Assembly: GCF_006345805.1 (NCBI RefSeq)
Contig: NC_043004.1
Coordinates: 62,434,001 to 62,498,000, forward strand
DNA length: 64,000 nt
Origin: Octopus sinensis
Taxonomy: Eukaryota
Direction: 5' to 3'
The notes beneath the pieces were generated by a model, which worked only from the letters and a program-made list of their open reading frames with translations, did not search any database and was not told the origin of the DNA. Below are positions 1-16,600 of the stretch, one piece after another. The position numbers and the translations under genes were made by a program. Numbering within the stretch: position 1 is the first letter of the stretch; each line of letters opens with the position of its first letter.

Positions 1-57
1 ATATATTTGTGTGTATGTGTGTGTGTACGTATGTATGTATGTGTGTGTATATATATG

Positions 58-89
<32 letters not shown>

Positions 90-610
90 AAGATAGATAG
101 ATACTTATATATATAGGAATTTATTCTATAACAATTATTTACAGTGAAATACTTTTTATTCATTTAACAATTATTTGATTTATAAATCACTTCTTTGATA
201 TTGTGAACACACTGTTTACGTTAATCAATTATATGTAATAGTATAAAGGTATGTATGCAAATAACTATATTCAGTTCAAAGAGAAAATATAGCTTGATAG
301 AAAATGAGAAAAGAAAACATTGTGTCTCTTGGCACATGTTTTTAAACGGAGATAGAACTACGATCGTTAATGCAATCTTTCCGTTATCTTTTAGAGAAAG
401 CAAAAATGCCAACACTTCAGTTTCGATTGCATGTGTTCATTATTTTCTCGCTACCTTTGTGTTTCTCTCACACAGTCTTCTTCCTTCAAAATATAGAAAA
501 TTCTTTGAATACGACACATGGATATAATATAATAACTATTAATCATTTGTTTTTCTCTCCTCTTCTTCCCAATCCTGATGATATACATAGGACATTTCCG
601 AAAATATCGA

Positions 611-820
611 TTTCAAATTTTGGCGCAAAGCCAGTAATTTCGGGAGAAGGTGTAAGTCAAAGATATCGACTCCAGTGTTCAAGTGGTATTTATTTTATCG
701 TCACCGAAAGGATGAAAACTAAAGACGACCTCTATGGATCTTGAAATCAGAACGCAAAGACAGACATGTCGCTAAGCATTTTGCCCGGCGTGCTAATAAT
801 TCTGCAAGCTCGCCGCCTTA
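611..820 (-). mobile_element. tRNA-derived SINE, family C (Meta/MESC-like central domain), degraded
   Basis: Minus strand starts taaggcggcgagcttgcagaatt and contains tttcatcctttcggtgacgataaaataaataccac. Homologous to the copies at 2055, 8575, 27790, 27971, 44811 and 45957. Confidence 0.75.
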
Positions 821-2054
821 CAATTATGAAATATTATACAAATGTTCAATACATTTAATGATATAGACATAAAGATAAACACGATCTGAGGAAACTAGTA
901 TATAATTTTTACATGTTTCTTTACTTAAGGGGATAAAATATCATGCGACACAATACAAATTGCTTACACAAAGGAATAATGTTTTGTGAAACACTATTTT
1001 GATATAAGCATCGAATGTGATCTGGAAAATACGAGATTAGCTCCTCTTATAGAGGTTGTGCTTGAAAGTTTCTGTATGTATATATCACAGGAATTATGAA
1101 TGAATAAAAATATGCAGATTAAATACATTTTCCAACGCAATTGTGTTTGAATCCCGCTTCATATATGGTCCGAAATTCCATTTACAAACTGAAAATTAAG
1201 GTTTTGTAGAATAGTCGATATGTATGGAATATACTGCAATAAATGCACGTCAGTTATGAGGTGCAGGCAGAGATTTTACATCGAATTATAACATATATAT
1301 TGGAACAGGCAAAAAGAAATTGATAGTTTTTTCGGTATAAATTTATCCCAATATTTTCATTAATAGTTTCATGTCTTTGAAGTTTCTAAAGTTTTTCATC
1401 ATGACATGACCTGTACTATAAAGGTAGATAAGATCCCTGTTTTTTAGATAGAAATGCATCTGTTCACGTGAATATTAACCAACAAACATCATTTGAGTAA
1501 TCGCCAAAAGACTACCTGCAATTTTATAATGGACACAATGAATTCAGTTCACATAAATGCTATAGTCCAAAACCGGATCACTGCGCTTTCCTACGCCCGT
1601 TTAAACGCCATTCTGATCAACAATTTTCATTCTCTAAGCCAAATTAAACTCAGCAAGTGTCTTGAACCATCTGAAAACGTGTTCTATCTGGCTGTGCTCT
1701 TTTCATACAGCCATGGATAGACCTCACTGCAGTAATAGATGTCCATCGAATCACTGGTAGTTTGATTTGATCATGAATACATAGATAAATAAATACCCCC
1801 CACCACACACACATATATATATATGTATATGTACGTATATAAATAATCACATATATACATATGTGCATGTATATATGGATGAATGGATCATTAGATTGAT
1901 GTGTATGTGAGTGTGTGTGACTGTGTGTGTTTCTAATTATATAAATATATGCACATTATAGTACTCCTCAGTAGATCATTTCACTATTAGACAATATTGC
2001 GAACACTGTTTAACAACTTAACTGATGGATCATATTCGTTATCAATATTTATTC

Positions 2055-2253
2055 CAGAGTTTTAGCCCAAGGACAGCAATTTCATGGTAGTAGATACGTC
2101 GAATATGTCGATCTCCAGTGTTCAACTGGTCCTCATTGTACCAATTCTGAAACCAGAAAAAGCAAAGTCGACCCCGGTATCATTTGAATTCAGAACGTAA
2201 TTCCATTAAGCATTTTCCCAATGCGTTAACCACTCAGCCTACTCACAGACTTA
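2055..2253 (-). mobile_element. SINE family C, degraded
   Basis: Shares ccagtgttcaactggt, gcaaagtcgacc, tttgaattcagaacgtaa and taagcatttt blocks with the 611 copy. Confidence 0.65.
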
Positions 2254-2981
2254 GCAAATTTTATCTATACTATTAACGATAGTTCCTACATTCAACTTAA
2301 TATGATCAGTATAATTTCTTGTAAATTCTTTTTGCTTATGTGCATGATTAAATATGACTATAGTTATACGTTGCATTACTTCATATTATGCTATCTAAAA
2401 TTTCCCCATAAAGTGACAAGAAGATATCACTGAAACATTTATAAGTGTATTGCAGCGTTCCTAATGTATGCTAATGAATATTTGTTAACATAAACTTAGA
2501 GCTAAAGTAATGTGTGCACCCAGTCACGTTTTATGCTATTAAGATATGTGACTACCAAAAAATACATCATTAAAAACGTCAAACCTTCTTCAAATAAAAA
2601 TCCATTCATCTAAAGTTGCTATCAGTATGAGAAGAAACAGAAACTTTAGATCAAAGAACAACAAAATATTTCGCAAATATTAATTCTAAATGTGACGTAC
2701 TAGATATACAAAGATTCTGCATGGTTATGCATAAGATATCGTCTACGTAGAGCTTGAATCTGCCAGAAATAGTTGCCAAATTTCCTCAAATATATTCTAT
2801 TGCCTTTCAGAAACAGAAACTGGGATTGGGTTATGAGTAGAGACACTGTGTATATCGCACAAGATATTTGATTTGAAAACACATTAACAAAAATATAAAT
2901 ACATTTTGCACTTAGAAATATTATGCGATATTTACTTCTGAGATCTTAAAATTCACTGTACAAACATACGTTGAGGTATTT

Positions 2982-3180
<199 letters not shown>

Positions 3181-3292
3181 TTTGAATATTTCTGACTCTC
3201 ACCCCATACATGGATGCATACGCACACACATACACACAACGACAAACACACAAACTCACACGCACACAAACTCACACGCATACATTTTGAAC

Positions 3293-3586
3293 GAGCGTGG
3301 CTCAGTGGATAATGTATTCGGCTTACGATTATAAGATTCGTGTTGGATAGCCGATGGCGCGTTCAGGTCTTCCGCAACACAAATACTTTCGTGTTGGCAG
3401 GTCATCTGGCAGAAACGTTTCGTACCTGTGTTTCACTGTGACTCATTTTGACTTGCAAACACAGATCTTAATAACTACGCGAACGGAGCCCGGCGTATAG
3501 AATGCTCACTTATGTGCTCAAGCATATTCTTCCATCGATCAGATCTAACAAAAACCCACGTAGTTACAACTAACAGAATGCCAGAT
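3293..3586 (+). mobile_element. Degraded tRNA-derived SINE with a different head and a family-B-like tail
   Basis: A-box-like gtggctcagtggataa. The tail tacctgtgtttca...aactacg...gaatgctcactt...tcgatcagatc...gaatgcca aligns loosely with the family B tail. Confidence 0.5.
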
Positions 3587-3784
3587 ATATCTGCACATAC
3601 ACACACACACACATACACATACATATGTATATATATTATACGCATATAATGTATATAAACATGTGTAAACAAATATTATAAAATAATAATAATAATAAAA
3701 ATAATACACACACACATTTGCATATAGAATAAGAGGGTTCATGTATATAACTATATATATATATAATATATATATATATTGCTG

Positions 3785-3816
<32 letters not shown>

Positions 3817-3954
3817 TATATATGTATATTTATGTATTGCTATATATATATACATATATATATATATGTATATGTGTATAAGTATATATATATATAATAT
3901 ATATATATATATATTTATATATGTATAAGTATATTTATATATATATATATATAT

Positions 3955-4657
3955 AAATGAAAGAATGGAGTCGAACGAAGATGTTAACAAAATTCCTTTA
4001 CTCTCGACACATGTTTCGACAGCATATTTTCATTCCGAAGGAATAAAGGGTGCATTATGTAATCTTCTCATCAGGAAAGAAAAGGAGCCTCTCTCAACAA
4101 CAAAACAAACAAAAATTTCGATGATTGCCTACATGGTAGCCAAAGCGATAATGAGTGTTTTTTTTTTAAAATCCGTTATAAGCATTGACGTCAAAATGGA
4201 TAGTAGGAGGAAGTAAAAATAGGTAGGGGACAGTATGTTTGTTGTATGTATGGAAATGTGTGGGTGTGTGCTTGTGTTAATGAGTGCGTGTGTTTGTGTG
4301 TGTGTATACAAGTGCATTTGTGTCTGTGTGTGTGAGAGAGACATACGTCAAAGATAGGTAGTAGTAAGGTAATATATAAAGGAGTGATAGGTAGGGAAGG
4401 GGAAGTGTACGTTGATTGAAAGAATGTTCGGAGGAAACATGTGTCGAGAGTAAAGGAATTTTGTTACCATCTTCTTTCGAATCCATTCTTTCATTTATTC
4501 ATATACAACACAGACATTTCTACACATGAACCCGGAGTTTCTACCCTTGACAGGTCGCTTCAACCGTATTTTCTGACAGGAATTTGCTACCCAGGTTTCG
4601 GTTGAACGAATTTTCCATGCTGACGATAAACATAGGATAAGTCATCCACCTACTTAA
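3955..4657 (-). mobile_element. (TA)n-embedded Penelope-like (pLTR-type) non-coding remnant with an inverted terminal duplication
   Basis: 3955-4017 and 4434-4496 form a ~63-bp inverted repeat with 3 mismatches. Contains an HHR. Flanked on both sides by (TA)n. Confidence 0.65.
3994..4086 (-). ncRNA. Type I hammerhead ribozyme motif (GUC site)
   Basis: Minus strand: tccttttctttc-CTGATGA-ga..tc-GAAAC-atgt-GTC-gagagtaaagga. Helix I pairs at 11 of 12 positions, the core is intact, helix II is weak. Confidence 0.75.
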
Positions 4658-4674
4658 ATATATATATATATATG

Positions 4675-4736
<62 letters not shown>

Positions 4737-4743
4737 AAATATA

Positions 4744-4799
<56 letters not shown>

Positions 4800-4969
4800 A
4801 TTTATATATATATGACCCCTATTATTCTATATACGTGTGTGTGACCCTGTGTTTGTGTCTGTCCGTATACGGACGCGTGCACATATGTACATGTAAATCT
4901 CTGTCTATTTATCTCTCTAAACATGTTTATGAATACTAAAATGTAAATATGTATATATGCATGTGTAAA

Positions 4970-5849
4970 TATCGAAATGCTCCCAAACTAGTTCTGACAC
5001 TACCTTGTTGTCCGAGCATTGAGAGTTAACAGTAACGTTCACTAGGGAGTTTCCCAAGTGATATCTCTCTATTTACTCCGCAAGTTGTAATTTTGTGTGT
5101 TTTTTTTTCACTTCTTTAAATTAGTCCACGATTTCGTGAAGAACAAGAAGAAAGATCCCACATGGAATTTTGGGATTCTGCTACAGAAACATTGAGAATT
5201 CTTGGGAAAATATACAGCGACCAGACAATGAGTCGTACGCAATTGTTCGAGTGTCGCATGCGCCTCAAAATTGGGAAAAAGTCCCTGGAAATGATGAGCT
5301 CTCTTGAAAACATGCCACGAGCCTCGGCACCCGTAAATGTAGTGCATCACGAATTCTTTCCCAATGTCCAAACAGTCAATCGAGAATTTAACTGCGATGA
5401 TTTGAAGCGTTTTAGCAAGGACATCCGGTTAAAGCGCCCGGTTATGTAGAGATTGAAGAATTGGAGATTTTACGACCACAATGCCCTCTGTCGCCCATCT
5501 CTCCTCAATCGAGAGTTTCTCCTCAAAAACAATGTGATATCTCCTCCGCAGCCATCAAATTCACCACAATCTGCTCTTCCTGACTTCCACCACTAACCCA
5601 ATATGAAAATGCAGCTCAAGGGTTGCTGATTTAAAATCGTTGTCTAGATCCCGAGCGAATCACAGAAGGTCCTCGACTCCCTTACGGAAAACAACATCCA
5701 CGCCGGATTCCCAAAATAGCAGGAACGCTACGACCGGTGCATTGCTGTGCAAGGTGTCTATTTCGAAGCAGATGGTGTTAAAACTAAGGTCAATAAGTTA
5801 TTTTTTATGGAACGTAATCAGTCTAAGAACCTTTTGTTACCACCTTGTA
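4970..5849 (+). mobile_element. Mariner transposon remnant, internally deleted and pseudogenised
   Basis: SATETLRILGKIYSDQTMSRTQLFE (HTH region), VVHHEF..QTVN, and decayed PSNSPQSALPDF (YSPDLAPxDF-like). Ends ttttgttaccaccttgTA. The left boundary is approximate. Confidence 0.8.
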
Positions 5850-6060
5850 TATATTTAAATATATGTGTGTGCGTCTTTGTTTGAGAGAGAGAGAGGGAGT
5901 GAGATAAAGAAAGAGAGACAGAGAGGGACGTGTACGAACATATTTAGGCATAGACACAATTACATGCACACACATATATTCACACAGACTGTGTTTTACT
6001 GACATGATTGTGTTCTATCAATAATATTGTTTTTGTAAAGAAAAAAAAAATATTTATACA

Positions 6061-6460
6061 GGCGCAGGAGTGGCTGTGTGGTAAGTAGCTTGCTAACCAA
6101 CCACATGGTTCCGGGTTCAGTCCCACTGTGTGGCACCTTGGGCAAGTGTCTTCTGCTATAGCCCCGGGCCGACCAATGCCTTGTGAGTGGATTTGGTTGA
6201 CGGAAACTGAAAGAAGCCTGTCGTATATATGTATATGTATATATGTATGTGTGTGTGTTTATGTGTCTGTGTTTGCCCCCCTAGCATTGCTTGACAACCG
6301 TGTGTTTACGTCCCTGTCACTTAGCGGTTCGGCAAAAGAGACCGATGCAATAAGTACTGGGCTTACAAAGAATAAGTCCCGGGGTCGATTTGCTCGACTA
6401 AAGGCCGTTCTCCAGCATCGCCGCAGTCAAATTACTGAAACAAGTAAAAAAGTAAAAGAG
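6061..6460 (+). mobile_element. SINE family A (tRNA head, CORE-like accttgggcaagt block, internal (TA)/(TG) microsatellite)
   Basis: A box tggctgtgtggt, B box ggttcagtcc, tail gcagtcaaattactgaaacaagtaaaa. Five well-conserved copies in the window. Confidence 0.9.
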
Positions 6461-8362
6461 GGATGTTTAAGTTTAAATCCGGAAACTTTGAGCAATGTTG
6501 TTCACACACATGCACTCACACAAAAGCTGCCCTGCTGCACTCATACACACATATGTGTTATATCTAATTATATATACTTATTTTTCTATAGATGTATCAT
6601 ATATGAATAAATACACATATATTCATACAAAGACACATACATGCATGATTTGATTTCCTAATTTTGTATTCTATCTTTCTACTGAACACTTATAATAAAG
6701 CAGAAATGCAAAAACAACGTCTGGAATATCGTAATTAACTTTTTTCCACTTATCTTAACGTCACGGAAATAATTTTTCTCCGAAAATTATGTTCCTTTTT
6801 TCCATGTTTTTTATTTCTTCCAATTCTTTGAAATCTTTGTACCCTCCTATTGCCACTCATTCTCTGTTTCTTGCTCTCCCTGTCACTGCCTCTCTCTCTC
6901 TCTCTCACTATATATATATATCCCGCTCTCAAAATATATATAAGTCTGTGTGTATGTGTATTATACATATGATTGTGTGTATGTCTGTCTGTGTATAAAC
7001 ACACCTATCTACATACACATCTAAATAATATAGAGGCTTACACGCACATGCATTAAGCATTTGCAAACAGTCTTCTCATTTTCTTTGAAAATAACTTTTG
7101 TTTTGGATGAAATAAAAATGAAATTATTGGATAATTTCCTCTAAGATATATGCTAGAATTTGAACTGTAATTTCATGGGTGATAACTCAAATATGAAACA
7201 ATATATAACGTGTTCCAAGACAACCAATTGCTAACAATAAATCAATTTCTTCAGTTTGATTTGTTCCATGTCTTTGAAGGATGAAAAATAAATCTTGCAA
7301 TCAGGCTAGAAAAAAAAACAAGAAAGTAAAAACGAAGGAAAAGGTAATAATATGTCCACTGTGTTTTATAGTAATGTTTGCTTTGTCCATTGGAAGAAGA
7401 CCAGACAGATTATCCATATTGGCATTAAATTTAATGGACCAGAACGAATAAATGGATATTTTCTTGTACTTGCGTTTACTCAGAAATTCGCATAATTCAT
7501 AACTGATATTGCTGTCAGCAAACAAGGAAAATATATTTCATGCCCTGCTTGTTCAAACACACGAGCAAGCATAGCCACGAAAATGAAAGTTGAATATCGA
7601 TCACTTCACATGCTGGTTCTCCAAATAGTCGCTAATTATGACAGCATAATATTATCGAAAGTTTATCTAAAGCCATTAACTAGCTGGATATGTCACTTGA
7701 TTCAATCGACTGGATTCAATATAGGTTAATAAATCTTTTATATTTATTTTCTCTCCTCTTCGCCGCTCCCAAACATTTATATGCTAAAGAACACATTCAT
7801 ATTTTACAATGCACAGTCAGACTGTATCAACGATTGTTAAAATAGTCTGTTGTCAGTTCGACCAGATACAAGGAATATTTCAAACATATTCAAATATTAG
7901 TTACGTGACTCGGCAAAATTTGTTAAATTCATATATGATTCATATAAAAACACTAAACTAATTTCCCACCCTCAAAGGATAGTATTGCAACATGATTTTA
8001 TAACGACGTAAGGCGATTTTGAGGACGAATAGATAAGAGTAAATTGCTTTACAATTATCCAGCTGCCTAAAAATGCTAATATTAGTGGCTGAAGTTCTAT
8101 TAAAATACAGTATTATCATATACGTTTTATATAATTTGGTACTTAGCTCTTCACAACCGACAAATAAACTATATTGGCACGTAACAATTACTTAAAAAAC
8201 GCGAATAGGCCGAACAACCAAGAAATTCAAGCTATCGTGTACGGGATGTTATTCTCCTGACATGAAATAAAATGTTACATGCATACAACTGCTATGAATA
8301 AGTGTTTAATAAATCAGTCTACACTTACACACACACACACGCACATGTTAACTTATAGAAGC

Positions 8363-8401
<39 letters not shown>

Positions 8402-8441
8402 ATGTATGTATATATATATAGATAGATAGATAGATATATCT

Positions 8442-8503
<62 letters not shown>

Positions 8504-8574
8504 TGATGCATACATATATGCATATATACATACATGCACACATACTTACGGAGAATTTCACATGTGCTCATACA

Positions 8575-8746
8575 CAATTGCTGAGGAGGTCGCAAGTCGA
8601 TTACATCGACCCAAGTGCTCAGTTGGTGCCTGTTCCATCGACGCCGAATGATGAAATGCGATTTGGACTAAGTACATCAAGACGGACGAAAGGCCGCTAG
8701 AGCATTTTGCACAGCCTGATAAAAATTCTGCCAACTTGCTACCTTA
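8575..8746 (-). mobile_element. SINE family C, degraded
   Basis: aagtcgattacatcgacccaagtgctcagttgg ... agcattttgc ... attctgccaacttgctacctta. Confidence 0.7.
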
Positions 8747-10053
8747 CATATGTACATATATGATATATTAATCAAATATACCTTAAAAATATGCAAATAA
8801 AATACAATAGATATAAATTGAAACAAAAGAAATACCTATAAAACAAATAGAAAATGACGCAAGAAATATGATAAAGAACTAGGAGCAAAGACCATAAATA
8901 TAAGACAGATAAGAGGGAAGCGCATAGGACAAGGCGGAAGAGAAAATGCAAAACAGAAAGTGGGTTAAAACAAGCATAGTGAAATATTTAGTAGAGAAAA
9001 TAGCGTATCAAAATACCATTAAAGCTTCTTGGCATGATTCTAATCTCGACGTTCACGATCGTGATAAATTAATCAGAGCCCACAGAGTTACATGAAATTC
9101 TTAGCAGTGGATCTCAAATTTGAATGTCTATATAATATACATTAAAGATTACCTGTGGTGAACACTATCATGACTGAACTCTTTGAACCTGATACGAAAT
9201 ATTCCAAAAGATATGGAAATAATCGAAAATGAGTGTGAAAAGTATGATGAAATGAAAATGTTATTACTTATATAGAAAAATTATATTGTCCTTAGTAAAA
9301 GAAATATATGATATATTGATGTACTAAAATAATTATCATATAACTTATGATATATAGCACTAAGGCCAGGAGGCTTGTAAAATGATAAATTATTAAGCAC
9401 TGAACTTTTAAACAAAAACATAATAATTAAAATTATAATATTATCAATAGTTTTTAAAATATTGCCAGTTTTGTAATTTAAAAGTATATTGATTACGAAA
9501 ATAAATAAATCATTCGTCATCTCTGACCAACATATACACAACGGCACAATGATATGAAACTTGTGGCAGTGTTATGTGGTGAAAACAATTCGTATGTAGT
9601 AGTGTTGCTAAACTGATAGACATACATGCTTCATTACATACATATGCAAGTTTCTGTAGCGAGAATGAAAATTGAAATTTGGATGTAAATGAGGCATGAA
9701 ATATAGATTATCGGGAACCTATTTAAATATGAACAAGGGACAGATGAATAACATATAACTCTACATACAAAATTTATTTAAGCTAACCGGTGACTATAAC
9801 ATATTCGTAATGTATTTAGGGAATAATCACATAAATGAACACAACACTAACGAGACGCCATTGATTTCCACTTGTGCGATAAAATGGATAAGTATTAAAT
9901 TGAACAGAAGAGGTAAACGTAGCTGCAAAGAAGGGGATTAACAGTGCCTATCCGAAGATTTTACGAAAAGGATTCGTGAGTTGAGTTAGCGATGGAGAAT
10001 ATGGACGGTTGTAGATTTGAATAAAGGGTGTGTATGCTTTGCCAACATATGCA

Positions 10054-10116
10054 ATTTTAACGTCCTATATTTTAACGTCCTATTTTTTAATGTCCTATAT
10101 TTTAATGTCCTATATT
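10054..10116. repeat. 16-bp minisatellite, about 4 copies of ttttaaYgtcctata(t)
   Basis: Direct reading. Confidence 0.85.
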
Positions 10117-10194
10117 TACTAACAAACATTTAAGCTTTGTGTGTGCACGGTCTCAGTCTGTTAACTTCAATATAAAAGAAATATAAATATGCTT

Positions 10195-10356
10195 GTCGCA
10201 GAAGTGGCTGTGTGGTAAGTAGATTGCTAACCAACCACATGGTTCCGGGTTCAGTCCCACTGCGTGGAACCTTGGGCAAGTGTCTTCTACTATAGCCTCG
10301 GGCCGACCAAAGCCTTGTGAGTGGAATTGGTAGACGGAAACTGAAAGAAGCCCGTC

Positions 10357-10395
<39 letters not shown>

Positions 10396-10605
10396 TGTGT
10401 GTTTGTGTGTCTGTATTTGTCCCCCTAGTATTGCTTGACAACCGATGCTGATGTATTTATGTCCCCGTTACTTAGCGGTTCGGCAAAAGAGACCGATAAA
10501 ATAAGTACTGGGCTTACAAAAGAATAAGTCCCGGGGTCGAGTTGCTCGATTAAAGGCGGTGCTCCAGCATGGCCGCAGTCAAATGACTGAAACAAGTAAA
10601 AGAGT
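10195..10605 (+). mobile_element. SINE family A
   Basis: Highly similar to 6061-6460 along its length. Confidence 0.9.
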
Positions 10606-11593
10606 ATTGGTCAATTTACTTATTTATATGTGTGTGTGTGGATGTGCATGGAGTGTTCCTTCAATACACTAAAAGCTAATTGGCTACCTGGTCTTAATTC
10701 CGGGCTGGGCTGTTCACTGAAATATTGTATGCAATGATTTTAATATAATTGTTCAATACATATATGTGTGTGTGTGTGTGTGTGTGTGTTGGTATTCGTC
10801 AAACAAATGTGGTATAATGCAACAAGACAACTTCTGCATTCATTGTGTTATGTCACATCACACAAAATACCGTTTTTATGTGCAGTGTAACTTGAGATTA
10901 ATAGGAAAATATTTTCTGAAAGAAAAAGGCAATCTCTTTGAGATATTTGGATGTAAGTGTAAACAAGTATAAAATAAAAAGTAGAGAGAGTAACGGATGT
11001 AGAAAATAGTGACATGGTAAGAAAAAGACAGTGAAAAGTGTGAGATAGGTCTGAGTTTAGTAGCAATATGAAAAAATTAGTGCAAAATTATATAGAATGA
11101 AAGGCATATCAGGTGAAGTGATGTACTAGCCATTATGCTGCTTATACAACAAAACATAAATCACACGAATTAGTTGAAGGTGGAAATTTTACGATATATA
11201 TAAATAATACTGACATTCATGACGCCATCATTTTTGTCTAGATGGTGGCAGTGAGAAAGATCAGAATATCTTTAATTTTTCATCGTTCTGACGTAGATAT
11301 CAAAGGAAATTTATTATACAACTGCACAGACATGCAAACGGATTCACAAACATAGATATGCACTTTTTTATGCACTTACGTATACACGTACATATTCATT
11401 TATGAATATGTGAATATATACACATATATTTGTGTGTATGATGTGCGCAAGGTGACGGCAGTAAATTTGCATTTAAAAGTAAAATTCGTTTGCCTTTAGT
11501 GTAACAAAACTGAAGTTCGTTTACATATACATCCATAGATACATACATACACACATACACTCACACACACACACACACACATACACACATACC

Positions 11594-11659
<66 letters not shown>

Positions 11660-13656
11660 AACGTGTCTGTATGTATTTGTATGTGTCTATATACATAATC
11701 TCAAAAAGCACGGTCGAAAGTACACACACACGCACATGTATAAATATAGGTGGTAGTGGAATCGTAGTTATTGTCGGAAATTTACCAGCAGCGTACAACT
11801 TGCAGAAGGCAGAGAAGTATATGTAGTCATCTCTGCATAATTACCTATCTATGAGCTATATACTAAAATATTCTGGTGATTGCCTTCTTGGATCTTACTT
11901 AGATGAATACCTCTCATGATAAAAATGCTTCCAGGGCTAAAGCATCAGTACAATTTTAAACACCTTATTCTATTAAGGTTCCTTGTGGAGACAGGGCACA
12001 TTTGAAACTTATATAAATGTATGCTTTTTATCTACACGGTTTTTAACTTCGTAGCTTGCTCCACATACTAAACTTTTTCGAGTGAAAAACTGTGACATTA
12101 AACAAGTTCTATAACTGGGTTGACATAGATATATTTTTGAAATGAAGTAACTACTGCTCTTAAATTCGATCTTTCCTACTAATGCGACCACATTATGTCT
12201 GCAGTATCCCTGTCTTTAAACGTGTAGCAATAGTTTGTATACAATCCCGCAAACTATTGCTACTCGCCTCAGATTTGATCAGCCATGGTTGAGCTGTGAC
12301 TAAGTAACTGTAAAATTCATTAATGCAGCTCGCCGCATCGCCTATTTATCGGTCATATTTTACCTAAATGATTTATGATTAACATTTAAGCTTCTATTTG
12401 AAAAGAAGGCTTCGAATGTTCATATTCCGTGCCCTGTCATGAATTGGAAATTCATGTGACAATCTCATCGATTAATTGTACTGGATCCTAATAATTTCCC
12501 GTTGGAACATCTATAAGTGCATCTGGCAATTTCTTTCCTCAGTTGCACTGCATTGGTTTTTCATGATGCCATTAACATGCAAATTTGTTAAAAGATCGAT
12601 ATAAACATTCTACGATGAATATCGCACCCACATATCGGTTTGAAACGAAATGAGATTTAAACTGTTGTCCGGTGTTCCAAAACGTTTCGGGAACTCCAAC
12701 AGAGATTTCCCTTTTAACGTCATCAAAATGTTTGGTAGATTGCCAATGGTCGTTAAAGACATGAGTTCCTTTACGAAAGTTATCAGCAAACCGAATAAAT
12801 ATCACATAATATCAATGTCACAGACATTGATTGGCAATAACGCGGCGAATCAGATTAAATATTATTGAAATTGAAATCATTCAGTACTCACTCAAGCAAC
12901 TATTTCCTAACAATCTAAGGCGTTAATATGTGAGATGTCACAGACCACTTTCCTGGATGTATTCTTCAAAGGCAGATTCTATTAAAACATATTACTAGAC
13001 ACGAAAAACCATCAAGCCATCCAGAAAATTTCTGTGACGTAAAACGATGGATTTCAGAATTTTCTCAATATCCGCTCACATAATTATAATCTCACCGACC
13101 TACTTTTCATTTTTCTGGTTGTTTTACAAATTTTATTAACAATAATAAATAGAATGTAAGTAAGTTTTAGCTTTTATACTGTTCGAGCTACTTCGGCTCT
13201 TATAATCTACTTGAAGTTCTAGAAGCCGCTTTCGTCGTCACTTTCCTTCAGCTTGCTTGTCCAGCTCTGATACTTTTCTACCTATTTTATCTCATTTTCT
13301 ATAGACGCATGCAACTTTCAGGAATCTCTTTAAATTTTATTGCTGCACTTGAGAAATTTGTTACCGAGACAAGCACATGGTGCGTTTTACATTTTTTGCA
13401 ATACATAATTAAGTGTTAAAAATCCGTACTCTATTTTCCCTCCAATTTTTTACTGACTGACGATTTTAGTGTCTTTCCTACGATTGTATCTACATTCGAG
13501 ACGCCTCCTCAGTTTTCTTTCCTCTATATACAGGCGTAACAAAATTGAAAAATACACATTAAATACACACACTTCCACACATAAACATGCATTTCTATGT
13601 GTGTCCTCTATCGGTATATCTTAAGTATATACATTCATATATTTATATATGTATAT

Positions 13657-13687
<31 letters not shown>

Positions 13688-13713
13688 TATATACATATAT
13701 ATACATATATTAT

Positions 13714-13783
<70 letters not shown>

Positions 13784-14419
13784 ACACACACACACGTACA
13801 CACACAATTAGCATGACGATGTAATACATTTATACTAACATTTTCCGACTATTCCTCCACAATCTCGCAAATTCTTAAAAGATTAAACAAATAAATGCAT
13901 CATTATTGAATCTTTCAAACTACGTTACTTCAGTGTTTAATGCTTTAATATATAAAAAAAAGAACATTTTCAATAAAATATCGATAAATCTGTCAATAAA
14001 GTCACATTAATTTCGCAAAACGATTACATACAACAATCAAAATATGAGATAATTAGGATACGATGGCTAATTCATTTACGGATTTGTTGTAAATATTCGG
14101 ATGAGGTTAGCAATATTTAAAAGACTTTAAAATGTCTGTCATTTCAGAGGAAACAATTTCCCAATATTTTAAAGAAATATGTATTGTCATTCCTTAAATA
14201 ACGCGTTTTTTTTTTAAATACTTCTATTATTTTTCAAAACTAACATATACAATGTTCTTTATTAATCTAAACTTTACTCTCCTTCATTTTCTATAATGCC
14301 TTTCCGTCTATCTGGTAGACTTGCAAGGCTCCTCTTCCAAAATTCAGTTGTCGGTGACGAACAATATTCCTGCAGTACTGTTCTACCTAGTTTATAGTAG
14401 CCATGAAGACAACATGGCT

Positions 14420-14815
14420 ACTGTCATCGAAATGACTGTCCCAATCGACATAAATGTATCTGTCTAGTCCTAACAAAAACTTAGTAATTATAATGAACTT
14501 GAAATAAAATTTGGCAAAATGTTGAACCTCAAGACTAAAACAATACCTGTTCTTAAAGGTGCATTAGAAATGGTCGCAAAATGGGCTGATTGCTACCTAG
14601 CTCAGCCACCAGGAAATCCACAATTTGCAGAAATACAGAAATTAATGCGTATGGAAAATGCCCATATCCTACATAAATTACTGCCTATCTAACTGCAAAT
14701 TTTGTAGCAAACATAACTTTCTTATGTTTCCTCGAACTTTCTCTAGAATACTTTTTGCAAAACCAAATATATAGCACCCTAATCATAACGCCATCTCGAA
14801 ACTTATTGTCTTTGT
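14420..14815 (+). mobile_element. Decayed 3' end of an R4/Dong-like LINE (restriction-like endonuclease C-terminus plus 3' UTR)
   Basis: Translates with stops as IEMTVPIDINVSV..KLSNYNELEIKFGKMLNLKTKTIPVLKGALEM..EIQK..AHILHKLL, homologous to the 20109 and 34198 ORFs. Confidence 0.8.
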
Positions 14816-14852
14816 ACACACACACACATACACACAAACACACATTTATATA

Positions 14853-16600
<1,748 letters not shown>

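Noticed and set aside
571-612. aatc-CTGATGA...GAAA-ata-TC-gatt, an HHR-like string
   Set aside because: Helix II cannot pair and helix III is a single pair. It overlaps a SINE end and is probably chance.
6128-6610. 160-aa ORF and similar recurring peptides at 10130, 17103, 27499 and 61336
   Set aside because: Read-through of non-coding SINE family A. The recurrence reflects repeat copies.
7301-7525. Possible host exon
   Set aside because: No recognisable domain and no convincing pair of splice sites.
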